Part shown: positions 25,893-36,511 of the stretch, one piece after another | Layout of the letters: each line of letters opens with the position of its first letter | How positions within the stretch are numbered: position 1 is the first letter of the stretch | Assembly (NCBI GenBank): GCA_051418015.1 | Contig: JBPRGF010000017.1 | Location: forward strand, 160,001 to 224,000 | Length of the DNA: 64,000 nt | Source of the DNA: Candidatus Nitrospinota bacterium M3_3B_026 | GTDB lineage: Bacteria; Nitrospinota_A; UBA7883; JBPRGF01 | Direction of reading: 5' to 3' | Made by a program: the position numbers and the translations under genes | Notes under the pieces: generated by a model | Told to the model about the DNA's origin: nothing | Seen by the model: the letters and a program-made list of their open reading frames with translations, nothing else | Databases searched by the model: none

Positions 25893-27191
25893 TTACTGAA
25901 GGTTGATCTTCGTCATGATCCCGCGCTCGGGTTTTCTCCGTTTCCTTATAAGATAAAGTGAACCCTTGTCCGTCATGGCCTCCGCAGGGGCGGGGTGGGA
26001 GAGAAAATAGACCATGCCCGCAGTGTAGCCGTAGGCGCCGGAGTTGAACACTCCCAGAAGGTCGCCGACTTCCGGCTCCGGCAGCCTGAGATTCCTTGAA
26101 AACTGGTCCGCCGACGCGCACAGGGGCCCCGCCACGGTGACCTCCGCCGTCCTGCGCCTGTCCATCTTGTTCAGGATGGCGGAGGGATAGTTTTTGTTCA
26201 ACACGATGGGGATGAGGGCATGGTGGACGCCACCGTCGGTTATCACGTACCGGCGGCCCATGGACGTTTTCACGTCCGTCACGCGGGTTACGTATATCCC
26301 CGAAGGGCCAACGAGGTATCGGCCGGGCTCGACCAGGAATCTTGTGTCTTTGAAAAACGCGGAACCTGAAAGGTCCTTTCTGATCTCCGCGAGGGATCGC
26401 CCCAGCTTTTTCACGTCGAGCTCGGGCTCTGAGTCCCGGAACGGTATCCCGAGCCCACCGCCAAAGTTGAGGCTTTTCACCGGAATCCTCATATCCTCCG
26501 CGAAGCCTTTCGCCCACGCGGCGAAACGGCGATGGGCTGCCGCCAGCGTCCCAGCTGAGGTTATCTGCGTGCCAGCGAAAAAGTGGAACCCCGCGAAGTC
26601 CACCACACCGCTGTCCACCGCCCTTCGCGCAAGAGGAGCCAGTTGGGCGGCGTCCACGCCGAACTTGCGCGCGCCGCCTGTCATTATCTCCCCCTTCGCG
26701 CCGGGGAGGGCGTCGAGGTTCACCCTGAATGATATCCTGACGGGCCCGCTGGCTCTGGTTTTTTTCAGCCGTCCGGCAAGACTTAAAACCCTGTCCAGCT
26801 CCGCGGCGGACTCCACGTTTATTGAGCCTATCCTTTCCCTCACGGCGAGCCTCAGTTCGTCCTCGCTCTTGCCCGGCCCGGCGAAGACGATCCGTCCGGC
26901 GGGGAACCCGGCGGCGAGGGCGGTCTTAAGCTCGTGGGCGGAGGCCGCCTCGGCCCCGGCGCCCATCAGGCGGAAGACCCTTGCAACGGACACGTTGGGG
27001 TTGGCTTTCAGGGAATAATGGATATGGACGCCCTCCGGCAGGGCCGCCTTTAGCTTTTCGTATTGGAGGCGCATGATCGCCGCGTCATATATATAGAAGG
27101 GAGTCTTCAACTTGCGGGCGATCTCGCCTATGGGAAAACCGCCGACCTCGAGCGAGCCCTTATCGGCGGCGAAAAGCCTTATCGGGTCCAC
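25893..27191 (-). CDS. Group IV PLP-dependent decarboxylase (LysA-like)
   Basis: TPFYIYD, YSLKANP, FGGGLG, EPGRYLV, GPLC, GAYG; GTG start at 27191. Confidence 0.85.
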   Translation of the reverse strand: MDPIRLFAADKGSLEVGGFPIGEIARKLKTPFYIYDAAIMRLQYEKLKAALPEGVHIHYSLKANPNVSVARVFRLMGAGAEAASAHELKTALAAGFPAGRIVFAGPGKSEDELRLAVRERIGSINVESAAELDRVLSLAGRLKKTRASGPVRISFRVNLDALPGAKGEIMTGGARKFGVDAAQLAPLARRAVDSGVVDFAGFHFFAGTQITSAGTLAAAHRRFAAWAKGFAEDMRIPVKSLNFGGGLGIPFRDSEPELDVKKLGRSLAEIRKDLSGSAFFKDTRFLVEPGRYLVGPSGIYVTRVTDVKTSMGRRYVITDGGVHHALIPIVLNKNYPSAILNKMDRRRTAEVTVAGPLCASADQFSRNLRLPEPEVGDLLGVFNSGAYGYTAGMVYFLSHPAPAEAMTDKGSLYLIRKRRKPERGIMTKINLQ

Positions 27192-27198
27192 GGCGGCT

Positions 27199-28140
27199 TC
27201 AGGGAGCCTCCGGCGCCGCCCCGAAGACAAGCTCGTCCATCCGCTCCACCAGTTTGTCCACATCCGGCTTCGCGACGAGGCCAGCGGCGCCCTGGCCGGC
27301 CCATTTTCTCTCGTTCGCCTCATCCGCCATGGAAGAGAAGATGACTATGGGGATGTCCTGCAGCAAAGGGATCTCGCGGATTTTCTTTATCAGGGTCTGT
27401 CCGTCCATCCTGGGCATCTCCACGTCCGTCACAACGACGTTGAGGTATCTGCGGATGTCGATATTTTTCGTCTCCGCCTCCCGGGCCACCCACTGGAGTC
27501 TTTCCAGCGCCTCCCGTCCGTCGCCCGCGGTGAAGACGCGGTAACCGGCGCCGGAGAGTATCCGCGCCATCCGGTCCCGTATGAAAGGGGAGTCCTCGGC
27601 TACAAAGACCGTGGCCGATCCACGCCGTTCCCGCTCCGGCGCGGCTTTCCGCGTCCTCAAGCCGGTGGCGGGGTTGATTTTCGAGACTATTCTTTCGAAG
27701 TCGAGCAGCATGAGGTCGCCTCCCGGGGTTTTCGCCACGCCGGTCACGTATTGGAAGTCCGACTCGCGGATCAGCCCCGAAGGGGGCTCCACCATATCCC
27801 AGGAGATGGAGTGAATGCGCGTCGCCTCGCGCACCAGGAACCCGATGAGAAGCCTGCTGAACTCTGCCAATATGATCCTGCGCTTCTCGGCCTCATCGGC
27901 TTTTCCTCCCATCCATTCCGCAAGGTCGACGACGGGGACGTTCTCGTCTCTTGCGCGGACCATTCCGATGATCGCGGGGTGGGCGTTCGGCAGTTCCGCG
28001 AACGTCTCCGGCCTGGCCATGACCTCCACGGTCTTGGCCAAGTTGATCCCATAGGCGCCGCCCGCTCCGGCCGGGCCCACGGTGAACTCCAGTAGCTTCA
28101 GCTCCTCTGTCCTTGTCTTCTCTCCGGCCGCTGCTCGCAT
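27199..28140 (-). CDS. cheV: Chemotaxis protein CheV (CheW + receiver)
   Basis: YGINLAK..E, PVVDL; receiver AEDS, TDVEMPRMDG, K-P. Confidence 0.9.
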   Translation of the reverse strand: MRAAAGEKTRTEELKLLEFTVGPAGAGGAYGINLAKTVEVMARPETFAELPNAHPAIIGMVRARDENVPVVDLAEWMGGKADEAEKRRIILAEFSRLLIGFLVREATRIHSISWDMVEPPSGLIRESDFQYVTGVAKTPGGDLMLLDFERIVSKINPATGLRTRKAAPERERRGSATVFVAEDSPFIRDRMARILSGAGYRVFTAGDGREALERLQWVAREAETKNIDIRRYLNVVVTDVEMPRMDGQTLIKKIREIPLLQDIPIVIFSSMADEANERKWAGQGAAGLVAKPDVDKLVERMDELVFGAAPEAP

Positions 28141-28167
28141 CTTCCACGGTATGTTGTCCTGAAACTA

Positions 28168-28809
28168 CTATAGCACACCCTCTCCGCGCTCCGCGCCGGC
28201 CTCCCGCGCTCTGAAAACCTCCGTCTTCAGCGTCAGGGTCCTGGCCAGTCTTTTGAGAAAACGGGCGCCGTACCCTTCCATGAACCGCTCAGCCCGCGAG
28301 CTTCCGAAGGCGGCGACGCCTATCACCCTGTCGCCGTTGTTAAGCGGCGCCAGCGCCTCCGACCGCACCCTGGCGGCCAGAGCGCCGGGGAAGAACGCGC
28401 CGGTCCCCCTTCGCAGGCCTCCCCGTATGACAGGCTCGGCGGGGTTCTTGAAATACGCGGCCATCGCCTCCGGCTCGGAGAAGCGCACTCGGTCCGACCC
28501 GAGATAGAACTTCCTGCCGTCATCGTGATAGCCATCGGGGTAGCTTCCCTGGAAGGGCTTTTCCAGCGTAACGGTTATGACATCTATCTCAAAAATCCGC
28601 TGTCCCTGTATGATGAGGGTGTCGAACATCTCCTTCAGGGACGGCGCGTGGAAGACAAGGTCCTCCATCCGGTCCATCCTCCTTTGCGTCTTCTCGTTTT
28701 CAGACGAGCAGGAGACCACCAGGCGGAGGTTTTTCCTCAAAAGGGAGTTGTAGTGGCGAAGCTGCTTGTTGGTAACCTTCATCGACCTGGAGGCCAGATC
28801 CTTTCTCAT
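28168..28809 (-). CDS. DUF484-like GAF-fold protein
   Basis: N-terminal coiled coil; SEALAPL..GVAAFGS...RF..GYG..FL. Confidence 0.7.
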   Translation of the reverse strand: MRKDLASRSMKVTNKQLRHYNSLLRKNLRLVVSCSSENEKTQRRMDRMEDLVFHAPSLKEMFDTLIIQGQRIFEIDVITVTLEKPFQGSYPDGYHDDGRKFYLGSDRVRFSEPEAMAAYFKNPAEPVIRGGLRRGTGAFFPGALAARVRSEALAPLNNGDRVIGVAAFGSSRAERFMEGYGARFLKRLARTLTLKTEVFRAREAGAERGEGVL

Positions 28810-28832
28810 CGCTTTCGCTCCTTTAGCTCTCG

Positions 28833-30080
28833 TCAGTCCGCCTGCTTGCGGATGAAGGTCGGGATGTCCAGGTCGTCGTCGAAGTAGCTCGGCTCACCGT
28901 TGACGGTCTTCAGGACGGGCCGCCTCGGCGCGTCGTTCTGCCGGTCGTCCACAGCGGGACGCGCCTCGTCCATCCCCATCTTCCTGCTGACGATGGACCG
29001 TATCTTCTCGCTGCGGACGGGGCCGATTTTCTCCTCCACGACTCTCATCTCGTCGGCGCGTTTTATCTCCCGCGCGCTCCTGAAGCCCGTGGCTATAACG
29101 GTGACGCTTACCTTCTCGCCCATGGACTCGTCGATCACCGCGCCGAAGAAGACCTCCGCGTCCGGCTCGGCGGCCTCGGTGACGAGGGTGGCCGCCTCGT
29201 TTATCTCGTGCAGGGTCAGGTCCGGCCCGCCCGTCACGTTTATGAGCAGCCCCTTGGCGCCGTCGATGGAGGAGTCCTCCAGCAGCGGGCTGTTTATGGC
29301 GTTCTGGGCGGCGTCCACGGCGCGGTTGTCGCCCGTGCCAACGCCCGCGCCCATGAGGGCCATCCCCCGGGCGCTCATGACACTCTGCACGTCGGCGAAG
29401 TCGAGGTTCACTATCCCCGTGACGGTGATGAGCTCGGATATGCCCTTGACCGCCTTGAGCAGCACGCCGTCGGCTATCTCGAACGCCTTGGAGAAGGGGG
29501 TGTTCTTGCCCACGTATCCTAAAAGCTGCTGATTGGGGATCGTTATAAGCGTGTCCACGCTTTTCCTGAACTCGATCAGGCCGCTTTCGGCGTTCTCCAG
29601 CCTTTTCCTGCCCTCGAAAGAGAAGGGCTTTGTCACCACGCCCACGGTGAGCGCCCCCATCTCCTTGGCGAGGGACGCTATGACAGGCGCCGCGCCCGTG
29701 CCCGTGCCGCCGCCCATGCCGGCGGTGACGAAGACCATGTCCGCGCCCTCGAGGAAGGCTTTTATGGAGTCGGCGTCGTCCACGGCGGCGGCTCTCCCGA
29801 TCTCCGGCCTGCCTCCGGCGCCGAGGCCCTTGGTGCGCTTCCTGCCCAGCTGGAGCTTCCGCGGGATCGGGGAGACGCGAAGCGCCTGAGCGTCGGTGTT
29901 GGCCACGATGAACTCGACGCCGGTTATCCCCTGCTCGAACATGGTGCACACGGCGTTTCCGCCGCCCCCTCCAGCGCCTATCACCTTTATAGTGGCGTTG
30001 AAGTTCTCCTCTTCATTCTCGTCGAGATAGTCGAAGAATATCTGATCGTCGTCTACCTCTTTGAACTCGTTTTCGCTCAT
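28833..30080 (-). CDS. ftsZ: Cell division protein FtsZ
   Basis: [26 protein letters not shown]-terminal [13 protein letters not shown]. Confidence 0.99.
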   Translation of the reverse strand: MSENEFKEVDDDQIFFDYLDENEEENFNATIKVIGAGGGGGNAVCTMFEQGITGVEFIVANTDAQALRVSPIPRKLQLGRKRTKGLGAGGRPEIGRAAAVDDADSIKAFLEGADMVFVTAGMGGGTGTGAAPVIASLAKEMGALTVGVVTKPFSFEGRKRLENAESGLIEFRKSVDTLITIPNQQLLGYVGKNTPFSKAFEIADGVLLKAVKGISELITVTGIVNLDFADVQSVMSARGMALMGAGVGTGDNRAVDAAQNAINSPLLEDSSIDGAKGLLINVTGGPDLTLHEINEAATLVTEAAEPDAEVFFGAVIDESMGEKVSVTVIATGFRSAREIKRADEMRVVEEKIGPVRSEKIRSIVSRKMGMDEARPAVDDRQNDAPRRPVLKTVNGEPSYFDDDLDIPTFIRKQAD

Positions 30081-30138
30081 TTTGTCCTCCCTGTCATAAC
30101 TCCAAGAACTTGCGGATTCCCTCGAAGAGCCCTTCCGC

Positions 30139-31368
30139 TCAGAAGAACTCCGTTATCCACCCCTTCATCCTGTTCAGGATCTTGTCGAACATGTTCCTCC
30201 CTTTCAACGCGCGGCGTCTGCCGGACTTCTGTGTCTTCAGCCCGTACTGCAGAAGCCCTACGGCGGTGGCGTACTGCGGGCTGTTCACGAGGTCCATCAG
30301 GCCGTTGACCCTGGTGGGGACGCCGCGGCGGACGGGCAGGTCGAATATCGCCTCGGCCATCTCCGGCATCCCCTCCATGATCGACGTCCCGCCTGTTATG
30401 ACCAGGCCGGAGGCGAGCTGGCCGGCGTAGCCGGAAAGCTCGATCTCGTGTTTTATCAGCATGAAAATCTCCCCCACCCGGGGCTCAACTATGTCCGCCA
30501 GTGTCTTGCGCGACAGTTTCCTGGATTCCCTGCCGCCGACGCCGGGGACCTCTATCATCTCGTCGTCGGAGACCATGGCGGTGGTGGCGCAACCGTACAT
30601 GCGCTTGATCTTTTCCGCCTCGTGGTTCGGAGTGCGCAGGCCGATGGCTATGTCATTGGTAATGTTGTTTCCGCCCAGGGCCACAACGGAGGTGTCCTTG
30701 ATGGCGCCTCTCGAAAAAATGGCGATGTCGCAGGTCCCGCCGCCCATGTCGATGAGACCGGTCCCGAGCTCCCTCTCATCATTGTCCAGGGTGGCCTCGG
30801 CAGAGGCGAGCTGCTCGACGATTATGTCGTTCACCTCCAGCCCAGCGCGGTTCACCGACCGGACGATGTTCTGGGCGGAGGTGACAGCGCCGTGGATGAT
30901 ATGCACTTTCGCCTCCAGCCGTACCCCGTTCATCCCCACCGGCCGCAGGATCCCGTCCTGATCGTCCACGATGAACTCCTGCGGCAGGACGTGAATCACC
31001 TCCCTGTCCATGGGGATGTTCACCGCCTTTGCCGCGTCCACCACCCGCTCCACATCCTGCGGGGTCACTTCGGAGCCTTTCACGGCGATAATACCGTGGC
31101 TGTTCAGGCCCTTGATGTGCCCCCCCGCGATGCCGACGAAGACGGACTCTATCTCCGTCCCGGCCATCGTCTCCGCCTCCTCCACGGCGTTCTTGATCGA
31201 CTCCACGGTGGCCTCGATATTGACAACAACCCCCTTCCTGAGACCCAACGACGGGTGCGAGCCGAGGCCTATTATGTCGATCTCGTCCCCGCCCGTCTCG
31301 GCTATGACGCAGCATATCTTCGTCGTGCCGATGTCGAGCCCGACTATTAGCTCTTTATCCCTGGGCAT
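30139..31368 (-). CDS. ftsA: Cell division protein FtsA
   Basis: [25 protein letters not shown]. Confidence 0.98.
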   Translation of the reverse strand: MPRDKELIVGLDIGTTKICCVIAETGGDEIDIIGLGSHPSLGLRKGVVVNIEATVESIKNAVEEAETMAGTEIESVFVGIAGGHIKGLNSHGIIAVKGSEVTPQDVERVVDAAKAVNIPMDREVIHVLPQEFIVDDQDGILRPVGMNGVRLEAKVHIIHGAVTSAQNIVRSVNRAGLEVNDIIVEQLASAEATLDNDERELGTGLIDMGGGTCDIAIFSRGAIKDTSVVALGGNNITNDIAIGLRTPNHEAEKIKRMYGCATTAMVSDDEMIEVPGVGGRESRKLSRKTLADIVEPRVGEIFMLIKHEIELSGYAGQLASGLVITGGTSIMEGMPEMAEAIFDLPVRRGVPTRVNGLMDLVNSPQYATAVGLLQYGLKTQKSGRRRALKGRNMFDKILNRMKGWITEFF

Positions 31369-31382
31369 GATCGCTCACCTCC

Positions 31383-32216
31383 TTATCCGGCCTGCGCGCC
31401 GGGATACGTTACTATCACCTTGTCCGCGAACATCAGGCTGATGGACAGCGGCCGGGTCTCCTTTTTCCTCAGGATGTGATCCACGACCAGCAGCCTCTCC
31501 GCCTCGTCGGCCCACGGCCCCCGCGGCGCGACAACCCGCGCCTCCGTCCCTTTGAACAGGATCGTCATCCTGTCCGGGCGCGACACGTCCACGCCCGCGA
31601 CCGGGTTTTTCCCGAACAGCCTGAAGCCCTCCAGGCGCCCCATGGCCGCCAGGGCCGCCTTCACCGTGGAGGAGTCCGCGGCGGCGCCGGGCCTTGGGCC
31701 TCCCTCCGGCGGCCTCAACCCGCTTATGACGGGGAACCCCCATGTCTCGTCTTCCGGCTTTTTCGTAAGGAGAACACCCTCGCCGTCCATCAGCCAGCCG
31801 CCGCCGAAAGCAGCCACAACCGCGGGGCGGCGCTCCACGACGTCGACGGCCAGCGTGGAAGGCAGGCGCCTTCGTATGTTCACGCTCTTTATCCAGGGGC
31901 GGCTCCGCATCCTCTCCCCTATCGCCTCGATGTCGACGTCGAACGAGTTCTCGCCAATGACAGGCCCCACGAGGTCCCTCACGTACTTTTCGCTAAGGAG
32001 GGAAAGGCCGGAAAACTCCACGTTCCTCACGTCAAAATAGTCCTTCCTCACCGCCGCCTCGTATCCCGCGCTCGCCCCGAAGGCGGCGAGGCCTATCACC
32101 ACCACCGCCGCCAAAAGCCACAGCGCGGCCCTCATGGCCGGGGCCGCTCTCCTCTTCAGGGCCGCGGCGCTTTTCTCCGCGGTTTTCTTTTTCTTTCTTT
32201 TACGCTTCGAGGCCAC
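31383..32216 (-). CDS. ftsQ: Cell division protein FtsQ
   Basis: Basic N-terminus, TM helix, POTRA (PWIKSV.IRRRLPSTL.V.V.ER); dcw position. Confidence 0.9.
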   Translation of the reverse strand: MASKRKRKKKKTAEKSAAALKRRAAPAMRAALWLLAAVVVIGLAAFGASAGYEAAVRKDYFDVRNVEFSGLSLLSEKYVRDLVGPVIGENSFDVDIEAIGERMRSRPWIKSVNIRRRLPSTLAVDVVERRPAVVAAFGGGWLMDGEGVLLTKKPEDETWGFPVISGLRPPEGGPRPGAAADSSTVKAALAAMGRLEGFRLFGKNPVAGVDVSRPDRMTILFKGTEARVVAPRGPWADEAERLLVVDHILRKKETRPLSISLMFADKVIVTYPGAQAG

Positions 32217-33138
32217 TTGAAGCCTCCTTCAAAATGGTCAGCACGAGATCGTCGAAAGAAAGCCCCGCCGCCTTCGCTGCCATTGGCAGAAGGCTTGTCT
32301 TCGTCATGCCGGGGATGGTGTTCAGTTCCAGAAACCAAGTCTTCCCCGCCTCGTCGACAATCAGCTCAGACCTTGAGAACCCCGCGCATCCCAGCGTCCT
32401 GTGCGCCTTCATGGCCGCCCGCTCCACACGCTCCAACGCCGCGCTGTCGAGCCTTGCTGGAACGTGATACTCGGACCGGCCGGGGGTATATTTGCTGTCG
32501 TAGTCGTAAAAACCTGAGGCGGCCTCTATCTCTATGGGCGGCAAAACCCTGTCTCCCAGTATCCCCACCGTCACCAGGCGGCCCTCGACGAAAACCTCGA
32601 CCATGGCCGCGCCGCCTTCCCGCAACGCATCCTCTATCGCCGGGGCCACATGGCCCCTCTCCCGGCAGATGGTCACGCCTATGGACGACCCGCTTGCCGC
32701 GGGTTTGACGACCACCGGAGGTTCCATGTCCGCCATCTTTTTTTCCTCCCCGGCGCGGACGGTCGTCCAGTCGGGAGTGTCTATCCCGGCGGCCCGCGCA
32801 AGCGTCTTGGCAAGGGGTTTGTTCATCGCCAGCGCGCTCGACGCCACACCGGAGCCGGTGTACGGCACACCCAAAAGCTCCATGGCGCCCTGGACGGCCC
32901 CGTCCTCGCCATGCTTGCCGTGCAGCGCTATAAAAGCCATGCCGATCCCCTCCTCCTCGACTCGGCGGCAAATATCCCGCCCGGCGTCTATCTCCACGGC
33001 GGAAAGCCCCAGCCGTTCCAGGGACTCCAGTACCGCCGCGCCGGTTCTGAGGCTCACCTCGCGCTCGCTGGATATCCCTCCCATCAGGACACCGATCCGG
33101 ACTCCCTCGAAGCGCTTCAGCGCGTCCTTCGCTTCCAT
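32200..33138 (-). CDS. ddl: D-alanine-D-alanine ligase
   Basis: GGISSEREVSL, LHGKHGEDG, LELNTIPGMT. Confidence 0.97.
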   Translation of the reverse strand: MEAKDALKRFEGVRIGVLMGGISSEREVSLRTGAAVLESLERLGLSAVEIDAGRDICRRVEEEGIGMAFIALHGKHGEDGAVQGAMELLGVPYTGSGVASSALAMNKPLAKTLARAAGIDTPDWTTVRAGEEKKMADMEPPVVVKPAASGSSIGVTICRERGHVAPAIEDALREGGAAMVEVFVEGRLVTVGILGDRVLPPIEIEAASGFYDYDSKYTPGRSEYHVPARLDSAALERVERAAMKAHRTLGCAGFSRSELIVDEAGKTWFLELNTIPGMTKTSLLPMAAKAAGLSFDDLVLTILKEASSGLEA

Positions 33139-34028
33139 TATTCGAACCGTCCCACAAGCCTTATCTCGCGCTCCAGCCTGACGCCGAATTTTTCGTAGAC
33201 CTCCCGCTCCACCAGGAGCATGAGGTCGTGGACATCCGCGGCGCTGGCGGAGCCTGTGTTCACGATGAAGTTGGCGTGCTTTTCGGAGATCATGGCCCCG
33301 CCCGAGCGCGCGCCTTTCAACCCGGCGGCCTCCACGAGGCGTCCGGCGAAATCGCCGTGAGGGTTCTTGAACACCGATCCCGCGCTGGGCATGGAAAGCG
33401 GCTGCGACGCCTTTCTTTCAAGCTGAAGGCGCCTCATCGCAGCGTTTATCTTTTCCCTGCCCCCCTGCCGGAGCCTGAGGACGGCGGAGGTTATGACGCA
33501 ACCTTCGGGGAAAGAGGACGAGCGATAGCCGAACCCGGCCTCATCCCCGCGCAGCCTCACAGCCTCGCCTTCGCGGGTCACGACATCCACCGTCTCCACG
33601 ACGTCCTCCATCTGGCCTCCTCCCGCTCCGGCGTTCATTATCAACGCGCCGCCAAGCGCGCCGGGGATGCCATAAGCAAACTCGAGGCCCGCGGCTGAGG
33701 CTTTCATGGCCATGCCGGCGAGCTTTGTAAGCAGGACGCCCGCCCCCGCCTCGATCAGGACATCCTCCCCTTTCCTTTTGATTTCCACGGCGCGGAAAGC
33801 CTGACCCAGGCTCAGCGCTGTCCCCCGAACTCCCTCGTCGGAGACAAGCAGGTTCGACCCGCCGCCGAGGACCAGCGACACGCCGCCTTCCCGCATGACC
33901 TCCGCCAGCTCCCGGATGTTTCCGGGATATACGACGAGGTCCGCGGGGCCGCCCACGCGCAGGGTGGTCCTCTCCCTCATCGGGACTTTTTCTTCGCAAG
34001 CGATTCCACGCATAACCGGCGCCGTCAT
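33138..34028 (-). CDS. murB: UDP-N-acetylenolpyruvoylglucosamine reductase
   Basis: GGGSNLL, GIPG..GG..MNAG, SAGSVFKNP, KHANFIVN. Confidence 0.97.
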   Translation of the reverse strand: MTAPVMRGIACEEKVPMRERTTLRVGGPADLVVYPGNIRELAEVMREGGVSLVLGGGSNLLVSDEGVRGTALSLGQAFRAVEIKRKGEDVLIEAGAGVLLTKLAGMAMKASAAGLEFAYGIPGALGGALIMNAGAGGGQMEDVVETVDVVTREGEAVRLRGDEAGFGYRSSSFPEGCVITSAVLRLRQGGREKINAAMRRLQLERKASQPLSMPSAGSVFKNPHGDFAGRLVEAAGLKGARSGGAMISEKHANFIVNTGSASAADVHDLMLLVEREVYEKFGVRLEREIRLVGRFE

Positions 34029-35413
34029 TTTCCTTTCCGCCCTGAGAGCCTCTCCAGGAACATCTCGCCAGCCTTCATCACGTCACCCGCGCCCAGGGTC
34101 AGCACGATGTCCCCCTCCCGGGCGGCCGCCAGCAGGTGGTCTACGGCGGCCTCGAGGTCCGGGACGAATTTCACTCCCTTTTTGCCGTGCCTTGCCGCTC
34201 CCTCGGCGATGAGTTCCCCGCTCAGGCCCTCGATCGGCTTCTCCCCGGCGGGGTATATCTCGGTAACGATCAGCTCGTCGGCGTCGTAGAAGCAGGTGTG
34301 AAACTCCTCGAGGTGATCCCTTGTCCTCGTGTACCTGTGCGGCTGGAAGACGACCACCAGCCGCCTGTCCTCGAACCCTTCCTTTATTCCGCGCAAGGTG
34401 GCCATGATCTCGCTCGGGTGATGGCCGTAGTCGTCTATCACCATCACGCCGTCCGCCTCGCCCTTGAGTTGCAGCCTGCGTTCTATCCCGCCAAAACCGT
34501 CCAGCGCGCCGATGACCTCCTCGGCCTCCATCTCGAGTTCCAGCCCGACGGTGATGGCGGCCAGCGCGTTGTATATGTTGTGCAGACCGGGCATGTTTAT
34601 GGTCAGCCTGCCAAGCTCCCTTCCGTGGAAGGAGGCGGTGAACGTGGAGCCGAGCTTCGCGAACTCTATGTCTCTTGCTGTCACGTCGGCGGTGGATCTT
34701 ATCCCGTAGGTCCAGAACCTCTTCTCCAGCCTGGGTATGATCTCCTGGACTCCATCGTCATCCAGGCAGATGATCGACGCGCCATAAAACGGCGTCTTGT
34801 TTATGAACTGGACGAAAGCGTCCTTCACCGCGTCGTAGGACTTGTAGAAGTCCAGGTGCTCCGCGTCTATATTGGTCACCACGGCGATGGTGGGATACAG
34901 CCTCAGGAAGGACCCGTCGGACTCGTCCGCCTCGGCCACCAGAAAATCCCCCTTGCCGAGCTTCGCGCCAGAGCCGAACTTGTCCACGCGGCCGCCTATG
35001 ATAATGGTCGGGTCGAACCCTCCCCTGGACATGGTCACGGCAGTCATGGACGTGGCCGTCGTCTTCCCGTGCGACCCGGCCACGGCCACGGCGTATTTCA
35101 TGCGCATCAACTCCGCCAGCATCTGCGCCCTCGGTATCACCGGTATCATGCGTTCCTGGGCCTCGGCCACCTCGGGGTTGTCCGGCCCCACCGCGCTGGA
35201 TATGACCACCACCTCAGAATCGTTGACGTTCTTCGCGTCGTGGCCGACGGCGATCCGCGCGCCCGCCTCCCGCAGGCGGCGGACGGTCTCGGACTCGTAA
35301 AGGTCGGAGCCCGTGACCGAGTAGCCCATGTTCAGCAGTATCTGGGCTATGCCGCTCATCCCCGCGCCGCCGATCCCCACGAAGTGGATGCGCTTGGTCC
35401 TTCTGAATCTCAT
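34025..35413 (-). CDS. murC: UDP-N-acetylmuramate-L-alanine ligase
   Basis: GIGGAGMSG, GSHGKTT, EADESD, DDYGHHP. Confidence 0.98.
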   Translation of the reverse strand: MRFRRTKRIHFVGIGGAGMSGIAQILLNMGYSVTGSDLYESETVRRLREAGARIAVGHDAKNVNDSEVVVISSAVGPDNPEVAEAQERMIPVIPRAQMLAELMRMKYAVAVAGSHGKTTATSMTAVTMSRGGFDPTIIIGGRVDKFGSGAKLGKGDFLVAEADESDGSFLRLYPTIAVVTNIDAEHLDFYKSYDAVKDAFVQFINKTPFYGASIICLDDDGVQEIIPRLEKRFWTYGIRSTADVTARDIEFAKLGSTFTASFHGRELGRLTINMPGLHNIYNALAAITVGLELEMEAEEVIGALDGFGGIERRLQLKGEADGVMVIDDYGHHPSEIMATLRGIKEGFEDRRLVVVFQPHRYTRTRDHLEEFHTCFYDADELIVTEIYPAGEKPIEGLSGELIAEGAARHGKKGVKFVPDLEAAVDHLLAAAREGDIVLTLGAGDVMKAGEMFLERLSGRKGK

Positions 35414-36495
35414 GCCGAGCGCTCCTTTCCGGCCATGTCGAAAAGCTCGCCGGCGATTCTCGCCGCCGCGTCCGGCGCGGCGAGGGCGCGGGCCTTCCTT
35501 CCCATCTCATCGAGCCTTTCCCTGCCCCTCGCGAACATCGAGACAAGCCTCGCCGCCACGGCGCCGTCCAGCTCCTCGTCCCTGACCATGATCGCGGCGC
35601 CGGCCTCCACCATCGCCAGGGCGTTCTTCTCCTGGTGATTGTCCGCGGCGTGAGGATAGGGGACATAGATCGCCGCGCGGCCGACGGCCAGGACCTCCGC
35701 CACGGCGCCCGCTCCGGCTCTGCTGATGACCAGGTCGGCGTCGGCCAGCCTCTGGGGCATATCGTGAAAAAACGCCTCCGCCGTCCATGAGAACGAGGCG
35801 GCGGCGCAAGCGTCTTTTATCATCCCGAGATCAGCGGGTCCCGTCTGGTGAGTCACGCTGATCAGGTCCGCCATCTCGTTGAGCATCGGAACGGCGTCGG
35901 CCATGGCCTTGTTGATAGACCTTGCGCCCTGGCTTCCGCCGGTCACGAGAACGTTCATCCTCCCGTCCTTTCTCGTCCGCCGGGCGCTGAAAAACTCCGG
36001 GCGGACGGGGTTGCCGGTGAACATCCCCACGCCCTTGGGGAAAAACCTTTCCGAGCCGGGCCACGTGATAAAAGCTTTCCGGGCGAACCTGCCGAAGAGC
36101 CTGTTCGCCATCCCCGGCGCGACATTCTGCTCAGCCAGCGCTATCGGCGTCCTCCTCAGCATGGCGGCCAGCAGGACCGGCGCGGAGGCGTAGCCCCCCA
36201 CCCCCAGGACGGCATCCGGCCCAAAGCGGGACAATATCCGCCCGGCCTTTCCCGCCGCCGCCAGCAGCAGAGCGATGGCGGCTCCCTTGCCCAGGGGGCC
36301 TTTTCCCTTGACGGCGGTCACGTTCAGCGTCTCGATGTCAAACCCCTCCCTGGGGATGAGCGCCGCTTCCATCCCCCTTTTCGCCCCGACGAAGAGGACG
36401 CGGCTCTCACCGTCCCTGCGCGTCACCTCCCGCGCCACGGCGACGCCGGGGTATATGTGCCCGCCTGTTCCTCCTCCGGTCACGATCAACCTCAT
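35410..36495 (-). CDS. murG: Lipid II GlcNAc transferase
   Basis: GGGTGGH, GGSQGA, SRAGA, HQEKNA. Confidence 0.98.
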   Translation of the reverse strand: MRLIVTGGGTGGHIYPGVAVAREVTRRDGESRVLFVGAKRGMEAALIPREGFDIETLNVTAVKGKGPLGKGAAIALLLAAAGKAGRILSRFGPDAVLGVGGYASAPVLLAAMLRRTPIALAEQNVAPGMANRLFGRFARKAFITWPGSERFFPKGVGMFTGNPVRPEFFSARRTRKDGRMNVLVTGGSQGARSINKAMADAVPMLNEMADLISVTHQTGPADLGMIKDACAAASFSWTAEAFFHDMPQRLADADLVISRAGAGAVAEVLAVGRAAIYVPYPHAADNHQEKNALAMVEAGAAIMVRDEELDGAVAARLVSMFARGRERLDEMGRKARALAAPDAAARIAGELFDMAGKERSA

Positions 36496-36511
36496 CTCCT
36501 TTGATCCCGTC

